Of a stretch of DNA of 64,000 nucleotides, positions 35,932 to 49,870 are shown piece after piece. The stretch is from the NCBI RefSeq assembly GCF_006345805.1, contig NC_043004.1:14260001-14324000 (forward strand), written 5' to 3'. The notes beneath the pieces were generated by a model. It was not told the origin of the DNA and made no database searches. It was given only the letters and a program-made list of their open reading frames with translations. Each line of letters opens with the position of its first letter. The first letter of the stretch is position 1. Position numbers and translations under genes: made by a program. This stretch comes from Octopus sinensis (lineage: Eukaryota).

Positions 35932-37196
35932 TTCACTGGATCCTATAAAGGAGCTGTTGCAGTAGCGAACCACGAAACGTGGTTAGAATTCCTCAGTGGA
36001 ATTGATTTAGTCAGTAAATACCTAAGTGACAATTGTGTAAAGCTAGAACTTTCTAAAAAGAAATCAATAATTTAATATGCGCCTAATAATTACCATGTGA
36101 GAACCTAACAAATATACATGACCGCCCCTGCAGTTTTATATCTTTATTAGAGAACAGCTGCTTCCTTAGAGGAAGACTTCAAATGTTTAAAAATGATGGA
36201 GAGCATAAACGTATATCTACATTTATACACGCATGCATACACATAGTTAACGTATTAATAGCAAAGCAACGGGCGGCTAATCAATCATTCTCTTTTCAAG
36301 TGTGTTTGAGTTAATATTTAAGTATGTCACAGTTCAAAAAAACTTATACAATATATACCAACGCATGTTTATAATTACACCCTCAATAAACTAAAGCCAC
36401 AAAATTGCAAAAGGACATCTATAAAAACTTCGATAGAGAAATACAATATACGTGTCACAAAACGTAAATCTATTATATCAAATCATATACCAACCTCATT
36501 AATATATAATGTGTAAAGGAAACAACAAACACATGGGAAGGTAGTGTTGCTTTCTATATGTTATTGTAGTGTAGGTCTTAGCCGACAAAATCTTCATCCA
36601 CGCATTAGTAAAATTATCGCAGTTTATGCAGGGTTCGAATTTATGCAGGTGGCTGTCTATGCACAAAAGAGGGAATGAGGTTGTAGTGGTTAGAAGTTTT
36701 GTCATTTGTATTGCAGGGGCAAGCAGAATTGCATAGTTAATGAGTTTTTAAACATATCGTTTCCGTTTAAATCCTATAATTCCATACTATGAGGATATGT
36801 CTTCAGTTATATTTTCGTAATAACCAACATATGTAGACGCAAAAACGGTGACTCCCATCGGATGAATTAAGTCATTTATCAAGTTTTATTTTTACTTTTT
36901 CTATGTGGGACAAGGCTTAATCTATAAGTCCTTCGTCTGGACCTCTGTTCCAAGTATTTATACAATGTCTCCCATCTTAAGAAACCCTATTCCTTTTTCC
37001 TTTCATTCTTAGTGTTCCTGGAAAGCATTAGTGATGCGATTTGCCATCTTATTATTTAATCTTGCCTCCATCATAATATTTGAGAGCCCAGGAAAGAGGA
37101 AAATAGATATGTTACCGTGTCAGACGGTAAAGATTTTTTTAAAGAATGCAACTCACGGAGACTTGGTATTATCTAACAAGCTATTTTCAGTTTCAT

Positions 37197-37720
37197 TCTT
37201 CTTCTTCTTCTTCTTCTTCTTCTTCTTCTTCTTCTTCTTCTTCTTCTTCTTTTTCTTCCACTTCTTCTTCTTCTTCTTCTTCTTCTTCTCCCTCTCCTTC
37301 TTCTTCTTCTTCTTCTTCTTCTTCCTCTCCTTCTTCTTCTTCTTCTTCTTCTTCTTCTACTTCTCCTCCTCCTCCTCATTCTTCTTCTTCTTCTTCTTCT
37401 TCTCTTCTCTTCTTCTTCTTCTTCTTCTTCTTCTTCTTCTTCTACTTCTCCTCCTCCTCCTCCTCATTCTTCTTCTTCTTCTTCTTCTTCTTCTTCTTCT
37501 TCTCTTCTACTTCTCCTCCTCCTCCTCCTCCTCATTCTTCTTCTTCTTCTTCTTCTTCTTCTCCTTCCTCTTCTTGTTCTTGTTCTTGTTCTTGTTCTTC
37601 TTGTTCTTCTTCTTGTTCTTCTTCTTGTTCTTCTTCTTCTTCTACTTCTCCTCCTCCTCCTCATTCTTCTTCTTGTTCTTCTTCTTCTTGTTCTTGTTCT
37701 TCTTATTCTTATTCTTCTTC
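37197..37720. repeat. Compound (TTC)n/(TCC)n/(TTCTTG)n array
   Basis: Direct inspection; recurrent cttctacttctcctcctcctcctcattc sub-unit. Confidence 0.95.
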
Positions 37721-40632
37721 ACACCGCCTCCTCTCCTCAGATCAAATGAAAACATTGAGTAAAATAATAACGACAGCGAATTTCATTTCCCTCTCATATC
37801 AGGAATTTTAATGAAATTGCGTATTAATATTTTATTTTTCAAAAAAAGAATTTTCTCTAATCAATGTTTCAAATGTAGAATTTTGTGTTGCATCTTTTGA
37901 TAATAAAATAAGACAGAAAGAGAAAGAGAGATGAAAGTGAGAGAATATTTATGTTGATTTATTTTATAGTTAACATCACCTTGTATGTTCTGATGAGATA
38001 AAATAATGTCGCATAGAAACATGTCAGGACGTCTTTTAGCGATTTTAATATCCTTAGCAAATTCCATAAATGTTAGAAGGCAATATTTTCCTCTAACTAT
38101 AATTCTCGGACTTCATTAATTTTTTAAGGCATCATTTATTCATGTAGGTTACGGAAACCTTTAAAACAAAAACCATTTTCCTAAAATTGAAAATTTATTA
38201 TTATAAGTCAGTTAATCGAATGTTAGATAAGGTTTAATACGTATGCTTCAAAAACGGAATTTAATTTCACGAAAGGCGATATCTAAATTGTAAGTCAGCA
38301 ATAAAAAGCTATGCTATCAGTGATCTATGAAATTGATATATTAATGAGCTTCTTATCTTCGTGGAGAGATATTAAAACAAAATCAGAATTGAAGTCTAGA
38401 AACATAAATTCATTATTAATGTTTGTGACGAGAAGGCATTCCCCACTGTTCTATAATGATGGTGTGTCTGATTTCAAATAATTGCATTATTATGGATTTT
38501 AATTAGATGTTATAAAGAAATTCCCCGATTGAAACCGTTCACGGAAGCATGTTCGGAATTGATTGATACTAACCGACAAAAGACATAACATGAAAGAAGC
38601 CTGATTCAGGGATAATAGATTAAAAAAAAATACGATTTACAAAATAATGCAACTAAATTCAAATACGCATTTTTAATACCATTTGCATGACAAAATTGAA
38701 TTAAGGAACATACTTCATTTTATTTTGCTCAATCTCTCTCTCCCTCTCTCTTTGAGTTCTTCCTTATTTTCTCTAAGTATATCTCTCACTTTCTCGCCTT
38801 TCTAGTGTTTCAGTGTTGAAAACACACATTCGTGAGCATGCATAGACAATGATATGGCTTTATCTTGGTTTTGAGCATGTAGTTATTGGCTGTCCAGAAA
38901 GAAAAATCCCTTATGTATAGAAACAATCTGAACCTGACTTGTATGAATTTTTCTATTGAAATTTCGTTTTCTTTAACGATAAAAGTATTTGTAATAACGG
39001 CAAACTTTTCATCAAAACGTCGTTCACTGATCCTCACGGATATGTGGCTGTCATTGTATTACCGTTTGCATTTGCAAACATGTAGCATATGAATGAGTTG
39101 AGTAACACATAGAATTTAGCTGATACATACATGCTTGTTATAAAAGAAACAATACTTAAAATTAATGAAAACCAATTACATTCATTTCTTAATATTGTGT
39201 GCCAGCATCAACTTTATATTAAAAATGGATATATTATTGAATTTTTCTCGAAATATTAAGCAAAGCTCACACCACATATCATTATATAATACTGTGGCAT
39301 TTATTAGTACGTTTTGTTGTGAAAGCAGAAGAGATATGACTCTCTCGGGCTGAGCTCCTTTTCCAAGTGTAGAGACGTCTACATGTTGGTTCGGACGTGA
39401 ATCATGATGTTGAAGGAAGAAAAGGCTAAGATTGTGTACAGCGTCTGGTTAGAGTTGATATAGATAGTGGATATAAATTAGGAACATGATACCCCAAAGG
39501 ATTAGTCGTTGTCGGGATTGTTTGTCGTGTATGTGTTTCTGTCAGTCAAAATGAAGGTGCATGACAGAGCGCATCTATAGGCATCTGTAAATCGGTTGAG
39601 GAAGAAGTGGAGATTAGAAATAAGCGATGATTGAAGTTATAAAGGACGTACCTATTTGAAAATATGCTTTGCAATCAAAGCGCCATTCGTAGATTCTCTT
39701 ATATTCTCTTTATTTAGGTGTCAGTGAGAGCGGCCAAAGGATTTTGAAAGAATAAGCGATGGCTTAGCACCACATTAGATAAATATTTAATAGTTGTTCT
39801 CTGGTACTGTCGGCCAAACTTCAACTAGTTCCAGCAATGTATAACATGTTACAATGGTAACTTTTAATGCAGAATAAAATGTGCTGGGAGATATACATAA
39901 AGGCGTTGGTAACTTAAATGATAAGTTCAAACATGCATCGAGTTGTGATGCTGGAAATTAAAGGAGAGATGAAAAAATAGTAATAGGTAGTTGTTTTTTT
40001 GTTAGCTAGGACGATAAGTGAAATCATCGGTAACATCTACATCTACTGTTTTGACATCAATATTCCAATATGGAGCGATATGTCTCCCTCTAGCGCATGT
40101 ACATGTTAAGAGACTTACCGTATACGGAACACCCTAATATTTTGGGCTTCAAATTTTGAAAAGTGGTTTTGTAAGGGATTATAATAATATCCATGTATAA
40201 GAAAGTCCCAAATATTTGGCAAAAACGGATTCCTTATACACGTTAAAATACAGTAATTTCCTGCCAACGCTTAAATCATGTAACACTACTCAGATTAATG
40301 CGATCAAACATGTTCTTGAGCAAATCATTCTATTTTGTAGTAGGACATACGCGCGCACACACACGTTTACACAAACATGCGCACTTTAGGTGTAATATTA
40401 CAAATGTAATATAGGGAAATTAAAATATTCAATTACTTCTTAATATACTTGAAATAAGATGTTAAGACGCCAAAATTCTACTAATATAGGCTAACTCATA
40501 ATATGTAGCACAAATTGAATTCGTCTTGCAGTGGATGTGTCTTTGAAGAAAACCGCATGAAAGCAGTGGACAGCATTTGATGTAATCAGGTTATTTCACT
40601 TAATCATATTATCTCCGTTGGCTAGACAACAA

Positions 40633-40700
<68 letters not shown>

Positions 40701-40704
<4 letters not shown>

Positions 40705-41560
40705 GTTTAGGAATAATCCATGAGAGTTTTTTCTTTCAAATTTATTTTAATAAAAAAAAAACTACAACAAATTAATCTAAAATATATCTCTCTGTTATTG
40801 TTCAATCTCATCGTTCAATAAGATTTTCGATAAATTGGCGATATAATTCTCCTGCTCTTGATTCAAAGATTTCGTCTAACCAAGCCCTCAATTCCACGAT
40901 ATTTTTGAACGATACAGCACGAGAGCGTTCGAAAGCAGTCGGAAGAGATGAAAATCTGACGGCGCAAAGTCTGGAGAGTACGGAGGATGAGGCAGCACTT
41001 CCCATTCGAGTTCTCTAATCGCGGTTTTGGTCATATTGGCGATGTGAGGACGGACGTTTTCGTGTTGCAGAAGAACGCCATTTCACCAGTTCGGTCTTCT
41101 TGCTGGATTGCTTCGCTGAGTTGGTGCAGTTGTTGAACGTAGAGCTCCGCATTGAGCGTTTGGTTGTGCTCAAGCACTTTGTATGCCCTCCCAATCCCAC
41201 CATACACACACCATGGTCTTTCGAGTGTGAAGCTCTTGTTCTCCTCGTGGAGTCGCTTGTTTGTCAGGGCTGGACCATTCTTTTCGCTGCTTCATATTGA
41301 CGTGAAGGCACCATTTTTCATCACCAGTGACAATGCGATAAAGAAAACGTTATTTGTGACCATGAGTTGAGAGATGTCGAGCGAGCAAACTGGTGGAGAT
41401 TGTGGAACATTGATTTTTCTTACTTTAATTTGGCTTTGGTCGAATTCTCTTTTTTTCTTTTTTCAATTCATTTATCTAATGTAATATTGTTACTCTTAAA
41501 TAGTTTTCCTCTTTTCAAGGTTGCTTTGGTACATTCTTCTGGTGGTCTCGGTGTGTTCCA
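40701..41560 (-). mobile_element. Mariner transposase remnant (DDD region), 3' TIR inserted in (TA)n
   Basis: LQHENVRPHIANMTKTAIRELEWEVLPHPPYSPDFAPSDFHLFR..; TIR-like TTGGGTTTAGGAATAATCCATGAGAG at 40701. Confidence 0.85.
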
Positions 41561-41919
41561 GTCTCTAGGATGATATACACGCTAGTTACATTATGCTTTG
41601 CATCGTTTTAACTTTCGTATCATACCACGCCAAACTTGCCCACATACCCCCTGGACGGAGACTGCCACAAGCTAACTCATTCACGGGTGAATGAAATGGA
41701 GCGACGTGAAATGAAGTGCTCGGCTCACGAACACAACGCCCCGCTTTTTTGGGTAACGAAATCAGGCCACATATCTTCAGAACACACATACATACATACA
41801 TACATACATACATACATACATACATACATACATGCATACATACATACATACACACACACAGAGGCGCACACACACAAACCCCGCGCATGCACGCACACGC
41901 ACACGCACATACATATATA

Positions 41920-42240
41920 TATGTTTTATTCTTTTATTTGTTTCAGTCATTTAACTGCGGCCATGCTGGAGCACCATCTTTAGCCGAGAAAATCGACCCC
42001 AGGACTTATTCTTTGTAAGCCTAGTACTTATTCTATCGGTGTCGTTTGCCGAAACGCTGAGTTAAAATATATGTCGGTGTGTTTATGTGCTCCTTAGCCT
42101 AGAGGTTCGGCAAAAGTGACCGATAGAATAAGTACTAGGCTCACAAAAATAAGTCCTCGGGTCGATTTCTTCGACTATAGGCGGTGCTCCAGTATGGCCG
42201 CAGGGAAATGACTGAAACAAGTAACAATAAAAGAATAAAA
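41920..42240. repeat. Two SINE-B 3' halves in inverted orientation (imperfect fold-back, centre about 42065)
   Basis: cagtcatttaactgcggccatgctggagcacc...ctatcgg versus ccgatagaataagtactagg...ggtgctccagtatggccgcag. Confidence 0.75.
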
Positions 42241-42587
42241 GAAATCTAATCCAATATGTGTGTGTGTGTGTGTGCATGTGTGAGTGTGTGTGTGTGTGTG
42301 TGTGAGTTTGTGTGAATGTGGTAAGTGTGCATGCGTATTTTAAGAATGTTAAATTTCTATAGGCGTTCCAAATCTTTATGCAACAAGGAATGTATACAAA
42401 TAGCTTGAATAATGAGGATAGTAACGGCTTTTTTTTTTATATAAATGAATCTGATAAAGGGAATAGTTACTGCTATATGACTTGTTCGTTATTATTGGAT
42501 TATCTCTTTCGCTTCTTTCTGTTTAATCTCATACATACGTAGAAACTTAGGCATGTAAGCGTACGCACCCACACACACATACGCACA

Positions 42588-42641
<54 letters not shown>

Positions 42642-42892
42642 AATCGAGCACAAACAGAATGATGGAAGAGTAAGAAATTAAAGACAGAAAATACAAGGGT
42701 TAGGAAAATATATGCCACATATGAAGAAATGGAAGATTTAACTTATCTCAGTTTTCTCTTTGTGAAGGAAAGAAAAGTAAAAGTGCTTAGAGAATAAGAG
42801 AAAAAAAATAGAAACAAATAATACCAAAATTTCGGTGTCTTTTTATATGCCGGTAGGTTTTAAACAGAAGCCGTGAAAACAAACGCTATATG

Positions 42893-43410
42893 ACTGATCG
42901 CTAAATCCACAAGTTCTTTTATTCTCTCTCTGCTTATTTCTTCGTGTTTCTCTCTGTTGAAGAGCGTAGTCTCGAAACGTAAAAGACTTTCTAATTTTCC
43001 AAAGCGTCAAACTAATACACCTGCTTATTGTTTATACACCCGTCTTCGTCTTTTCTGTAAAATTTCAACTATATATATATACTTTTACTTTTTTTGTTGC
43101 AATCATTCAACTGCGGCCATCCTGGAGCAACGCCTTGCACATACATATGTGTGTGTGTGCAAGGCGTTGCTCCAGGATGGCCGCAGTTGAATGACTGCAA
43201 CAAAAAAAAGTAAAAGAATATATATATAGTTGAAATTTTACAGAAAAGACGAAGAAGGGTGTATAAACAACAAACAGGTGTATTAGTTTGCCGCTTTGGA
43301 AAATTAGGAAGTCTTTTACGTTTCGAGCCTACGCTCTTCAACAGAGAGAAACACGAAGAAATAAGCAGAGAGAGAATAAAAGAACTTGTGGATTTAGCGA
43401 TCAGTCATGG
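42893..43410. repeat. Palindrome F8: about 250-bp arms (42893-43140 / 43157-43410), each an H1 PLE tail, (TA)n and a SINE-B fragment
   Basis: Reverse-complement arms around a 16-nt loop; hammerhead-like motifs at 42949-42986 (+) and 43312-43349 (-). Confidence 0.92.
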
Positions 43411-43582
43411 TGATATATATTTAAATGTGCACACAAACACACACACACACATATATATATAAAACCTTCTGTCTAACAGGTTAATGAACAAACCTGTATC
43501 CGACATATTGCAATATATATATATATACATGCACACACATACATATATATGTGTGTATATGTATATATATATAGTGTGTTTA

Positions 43583-43636
<54 letters not shown>

Positions 43637-44120
43637 TGCATATATATATATATATGTATATATATATTTTCAGTAAAAACAATTAAGATTCAAGTGAGTT
43701 CCAATGAATTCATTTGAATGCGGTACTTAACTTAGATGCACCAGAAATCTATATGGTATTAACCATAAAATAATGTGGGGTGATTATAAACAAGAAAAAA
43801 ATCCATTCTTGTTGCTTTTTTCTTGTTTATATATATATATATATATATATAGGTTGTAGTGAGTGTAAATTGGGAAAGGAGGTAAGACCGAAGGAGAATG
43901 TATAGAGAGTAAGAAAGAAGAGGGAGCATCAGTGAACTTATAATTGTTGGTTTATTAGCACATATATTGTTACATATGTCATCCTTGGAGATGTTAAAAA
44001 ATATGTTATAAAGTTATAGATATTTTGTCTGTGCATGATATTCATTCTCGTTAAATTAATACTACATTCATTTAAAAGTAAACTATATAACTTCATAAAT
44101 ACTTATATACATATGTGTAC

Positions 44121-44176
<56 letters not shown>

Positions 44177-45642
44177 GATACATGCATGTTATATATATGT
44201 TATATATTTATGTATATATGTTTGTATGTGTGTGTGTGTTCATGTATAACGGTGTAGGCGTGTGAGCGTGTCTGTGAGTGCGTGTGAACATTCTTTTAGT
44301 TTGCTCATACAGAAATTCAGCCTGCTTTTACATCTTATAATTTAATAAGCAGAAACGCTAATAGAATTTTCTCTAATCTAGGTATATGTTCTTCTCTAAT
44401 TTTTTTCTATCAATTCATAGTTAATTAATTCCTTGAAAAACTAACTTGGTTATTTTATTTAAATGATAAGCTATATATACATAATAAAGATTGAAATACG
44501 CTTGTAAATATGAATGTTTCTGAAAAGCTAGAGACCATCACATGTAAACTTCAATTAATTTGAAATAATTCGATTCGGAAAATGTCACGATCTTTCTGTA
44601 TTAGGAATATTTTTTCATATATATATAACGCGAAAAGACGAAATTAAGAGGGAGTGGTGCTATAATTGAATCAAGTAATTTGAAAAATCTTTCATCATGA
44701 CAATAAAAGAGAATAAAATAAATGGAATGTGAGTAAAATAACATCGACAATTTTACAAATATTTGATTAATAAGAAAAGACGACAAACAGCAAATGTAAT
44801 GAAAATACATAACATCACGATCAGTGCAGAAAAATACAAATTTCCATGAGGCCTTATCTGCTCACGAATATCGAGTTCGTTTTAGGTTATATCATTACAC
44901 TGATATTTTCTTAATACATTTACGAAGTTATAAATATCTCCAAATGAAATTGCAAAGTTAGTAATATATTAGAATAATCAAATTTCGGTTCATATCGTTT
45001 TGCACAAGTAAATGTATTCACAGGTGTTAATATCATATATGTCGTTATAAACACATGTACATTTAAGAAATTTCTTGTATAATCGCTAGAATGATGTCTA
45101 ACGCATATGTGTTGTTTAAAATAATGTTAGAACATTTGCGGATAATAATTTCTGTCTGACAATAGGATATTACTTGCAACGTGGCAAAGTTTATAGGAAC
45201 AAGATAAAATGTGTATATTTAATGTGTACAACATAAAATGCCTTGCGAACTACATATTTTGATTTATGTGTTTACATAAAGTCGGTATTACTAGCTTATA
45301 TTTTTACAAAATACATCTATCTGCATATTTTTGGAATATTCTAGACGAATTTACATATTTCTCAGATAATTCACTATTAGTGCTCTAAGCAATCATTTGT
45401 GTAGCTGAATTAGATTTTCTCTAATTTCAATAACTGTATCTTTGTACACTTATATGAGGGTGTGTTTATCTGTCATCATAAGATAGTCTGTGGGTAGGAT
45501 ACTGGTCTAGAAACAAAATTATAATCGAGCGTGTTCGATTGTCAGCGAAGTGTCTGTCATGATAGACAATATATATAAAGATTAATAACTGGATCTCGAG
45601 TAGAGTAACAAGTTCCTCTTCAGAACTAAACCATACACGTGA

Positions 45643-45683
<41 letters not shown>

Positions 45684-45769
45684 ACACACATGCACACAAA
45701 CACACATAACCACACACACACAGACAGACACATAAATTCACATAGACATAGTATTACTTTTACCTTTAA

Positions 45770-46950
45770 TCTTTAAATTGTGTCAGTCATTAAACTGTGG
45801 CCATGCTACAACACCATCTTAAAGAATTTTTAGTTGAATGAATCCGCTCCTGTACTTTTGAAAGCCTAGTACTTATACTATCGATATCTCTTGCTGAACC
45901 GCTAAGCTACATGGACGTCAACAAGCCAACACCAGTTATCAAGCGGTGTATATAAACAAATGACAGGCTTCTTTCAGTTTCCAACCATCACATCTACTCA
46001 CAAGGCTTTGCTCGGTCCGAGGGTATAATAGAAGGGGTCGTAGCTATACGATTGGGAAGCAACCTCTCACCACACACTCATGTCTGAGCCTATTTGCATT
46101 ATCAGTGGTATAATCATAGACTTCAAAATTTTACTTGGCGCAGATATGAGTGAGTGATAAGAAGTTTGCTTCACAACCAGATGGTTTCGAGTTCAGACTC
46201 ACAGTGTGGCACATTGAGAAAATGTCTTCTAGTATAGTCTCGGGCAGACCAAATCCTTGAGTGAATTTGGCAAACTGAAAGAATCCCTTCATATATATAT
46301 ACGTGTGTGTGTGTGAGTGTGTGTGTGTGTGTGTGTGTATAGGTATATATTTGCGTGCGTTTATCTTTGTGTCTGTGTTTTTCTTCCCACCAGCATCACT
46401 TGACAACCGATGTTGGTCTGTTTATGTTCCCGTAACTTAACGGTTCAGCAAACGAGACCGATAGAATAAGTACTAGGGTTACAAAGAATAAGTACTGGGG
46501 TCGATTTCCTCGACTAATAAACCCTTTTAAGGCGGTGCTGAAACAAGTAAAAGAATAAAGGCATCTATATAGACCAATATTTGGTATACTTATTATCTTT
46601 CAGTTTTTCTTTCAGTCTTTGGATTATGGCGATGCATAGAGATCAGCTTGAAGGATTTTTAGACGAATGAATCAATATGGGTACTTAATTTTCTTTTTAA
46701 TCCTGGTACTTACTCAATCTATCGGTCATCCTGAACTGCTAACTTACGGAGGATTCAACAACCCAGTCCCAGTTGTCAAGCAGTGGTGGAGCGAACCGAA
46801 AATACACACACACGCACATATACACAGGCACATATACACATAAACACTTGGCGAGCTTCTTTCTGTTTCTGTCTACCAAATCCCCGAACTAGGGTCGGTC
46901 AGTAGCTTTTGTAGAAGATACCTGCTCAAGGTACCATGCAGTTGGAGAGA
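45770..46950. mobile_element. Cluster of three SINE family B copies in alternating orientation
   Basis: Minus about 45770-46070, plus about 46150-46555, minus about 46600-46950. Confidence 0.7.
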
Positions 46951-47249
46951 AACCGCAACCATGTGGTAATTGATGCTAAAGGAGGGTCAACCAGATATTA
47001 AAATTATTGTATATTGTGAAATATACCATAACCTACCATGTGTACGGGTTTCATTAACGTTGAGATAGCAGAACCCCAAACATTGGGATGGTCAAATACT
47101 TTTGTCCAAGGCTGTATATATAGTATATAATATATAATATACAATATATAATATATAATACATATACGTAAACGTCGAACTATGAAATGAGTGCTTAATA
47201 CCGCTTTGTTGGATATATGGAATTAATTCACGAATAAAGAAAATATGTA

Positions 47250-47587
47250 ATATGTACTGTTATGTCTGAGGAGAATCATTTTCTTTTTGAGCCTTATTAT
47301 TTAACACACTCACCGGTAAAATTTCCACTTATTTCTTATTTTTATTTTCCTAAAATTTTCGCTGCGTCTTGCAACCTTTTCAAGAGTCTTGACACTGTCC
47401 CACAAAAACCCCCACAAAAAACGCAGTGTAAATAACGGACAGAGTCAAGACTATTGAAAAGGTTGCAAGACGCAGCGAAAATTTTAGGAAAATAAAAATA
47501 AGAAATAAGTGGAAATGTTACCGGTGAGTGTGTTAAATTATAAGGCACAAGAATAAAATGACTCTCCCCAGACACAACAGAATATGC
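47250..47587. repeat. Palindrome F9: about 150-bp arms (47250-47400 / 47437-47587), 36-nt loop
   Basis: ttttcgctgcgtcttgcaaccttttcaa versus ttgaaaaggttgcaagacgcagcgaaaa. Confidence 0.9.
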
Positions 47588-47644
47588 TTCAACACACGAA
47601 CTCGCATAAAGAATCTTGCAAACCAAATCCAAAAATGAAATGTA

Positions 47645-47676
<32 letters not shown>

Positions 47677-49679
47677 AAGATAATAAAATTTTTAAATGAG
47701 TTGATTGTAATGAAGTGAATGTGAGGCAGTTTATTTACTGTGAAGTGAACCTCAGAGACAGCAGTATGAATTCACATAAGAAATTTACATTCTGAAGTAA
47801 AAAAAGAATTATACCAAAAAATGATACCAAATAAACAATTGATTATTTCGATCATACGACGATGCATATTCTAGATATACTCTAGACATGATTTGAATCT
47901 TCTGTTAGAAGTAAATTATAGTAAATTATCACCTCGATATAGTAGACAGAAGAAAGAATTTTATCAGGCAATATGTAATGATTACTTCCAACATCTGTTG
48001 AGAAATCTGTCTCCCTGGTTTACAAATGCAATATATTATATAAGCTATTATTGCTTTATTCAAATAAGATTATCCAAACATCTTGAAATGTCAAAGTATT
48101 CAAACTTTGAAAATTGTTATCGTGTGTGTTTTAAAAATGAAACGTGGCAGGTGAGTGGGAACCGAAGAAGTATTTGGAAAACTCACAGGAACGTTACAAA
48201 TCATACAGCAACAGAAACATAGACATAATGACACGGGCATGCAACTAAATAACTATGTATTTAGAAAAGACTATGTTTTCAGACGAAGACAAAAACATAA
48301 TGATGTTTTTCGTGTTTCACATACTGATAGGAAAAAGGAAATTAGGCAAAAAAATTATGATAGAACATTCAGAATAAGATTAAAACCTGAACTCAGATAG
48401 TAGAAAACAAAAACTGTGTATAACTTATTTAATGAGTTAGATATAAAATAAAACTTAAACATAATTATCTGAATGTTAGGGAATTGAAAAGTTTGACTGG
48501 AAACAATGTAATAAACTTCTTCGCGGCCATCCGAAAATACATTCATAGATTTGATATACTTAATATATACATACCAGTTATAGATGAGTGGTATGTATGC
48601 TAGTAGTAAATGAAAAATAATTCAAAAAGGCTACTACGATGTAACAGCTGTAGAACTAGAAAAATAATTACAAGTCAGATAGCTGATAAATCATAAAACA
48701 ACATGAAAATTAGAATAAGTATAGAATATAAGCGTGAAAGCTAGTCTCAGTCTGATAAGTAAAACCTAAAGGGTGAGTAGAACAAATAAAAACAAAAACA
48801 AAAAATCATGATGAACCTTCAAGGTGGTACTCCAGCATGGCCACAGTCAAATGACTGAAACAAGTAAAGAAATACAAGATTATAAGTATTGAAATATGGA
48901 AACCAGATATGAGGCAAGAAGAAAGCAGCATGAAATTATTGACTTGTCATTAACATATCACAGTCGTGCCCCAGCATGGCCACAGCTCATTAGCTGAAAC
49001 TGGAAAAATCAAATCGAAAAAAATCAAGTGTTTATCAATGAAATCAAGGAAATTAAGAGAGAGATGGAACTTGGAATGGAGAAGGACAGAGGGTGGACGA
49101 CAATTATTCCTGCGGTAATTGATGAAAGCTGTACGACACCAAGCTGCTACCGAAGGGACTGAAATATACTGGGCTTGTGACAAGTATTCAAGGCTTTCAG
49201 AAACCTGCTACACTGTATTCAAGAGGAGAAAACCCCACCAAAAAAACACAAGTTAAGATTGGAAGACACCTCTCGATAGCATCATCCCAAGTGCTTGATT
49301 GGTACTCATTTTAAGGCCCGGAAAGTATGCAAGTCGATCTCAGCAGAATCCAATAAAAACAAATGACAAAGACTAGTCATTATTGATCACTAAAGCATTA
49401 AACAGATATATACTTCCACCCCACGGCCTTAACAAATAAATACTCCTCCACGGAAAAAAATAAGGGTGGATATTAGATTTTTGTTTGCTTCTTTGTCCCG
49501 TTTGACTATATTTATTTGTTTAAAATAGTAGAAGCGGTGCACTATCAAATTGTCTATGCTAATAGATAAGACCTGGAGCCTAGTACTAACACGAAAGTAT
49601 TAATGAGTTAAAACTCATGTCAGAAATATTAACAATGACAAATAGTAAAAAAGTGAAAATAATAATATCAAGGATGATG

Positions 49680-49685
49680 ATGATG

Positions 49686-49725
<40 letters not shown>

Positions 49726-49732
49726 TAATATA

Positions 49733-49788
<56 letters not shown>

Positions 49789-49795
49789 TAATATA

Positions 49796-49856
<61 letters not shown>

Positions 49857-49870
49857 ACTAATAATAACAA
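49680..49870. repeat. (TAA)n array at the 5' junction of a Dong/R4 element
   Basis: Direct inspection. Confidence 0.95.

Larger units (their letters stand above)
34830..35995 (+). mobile_element. RLE-type (HERO/NeSL-like) non-LTR remnants in tandem: a 3' end (to 35223) followed by an internally deleted 772-bp unit (35224-35995)
   Basis: Decayed C2H2 finger FSFC*KVFSSYIGLRIHQGKVH and KPKIKWPEAN..YKKFDDEV; clade assignment is from motif recall and is not verified. Confidence 0.55.
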
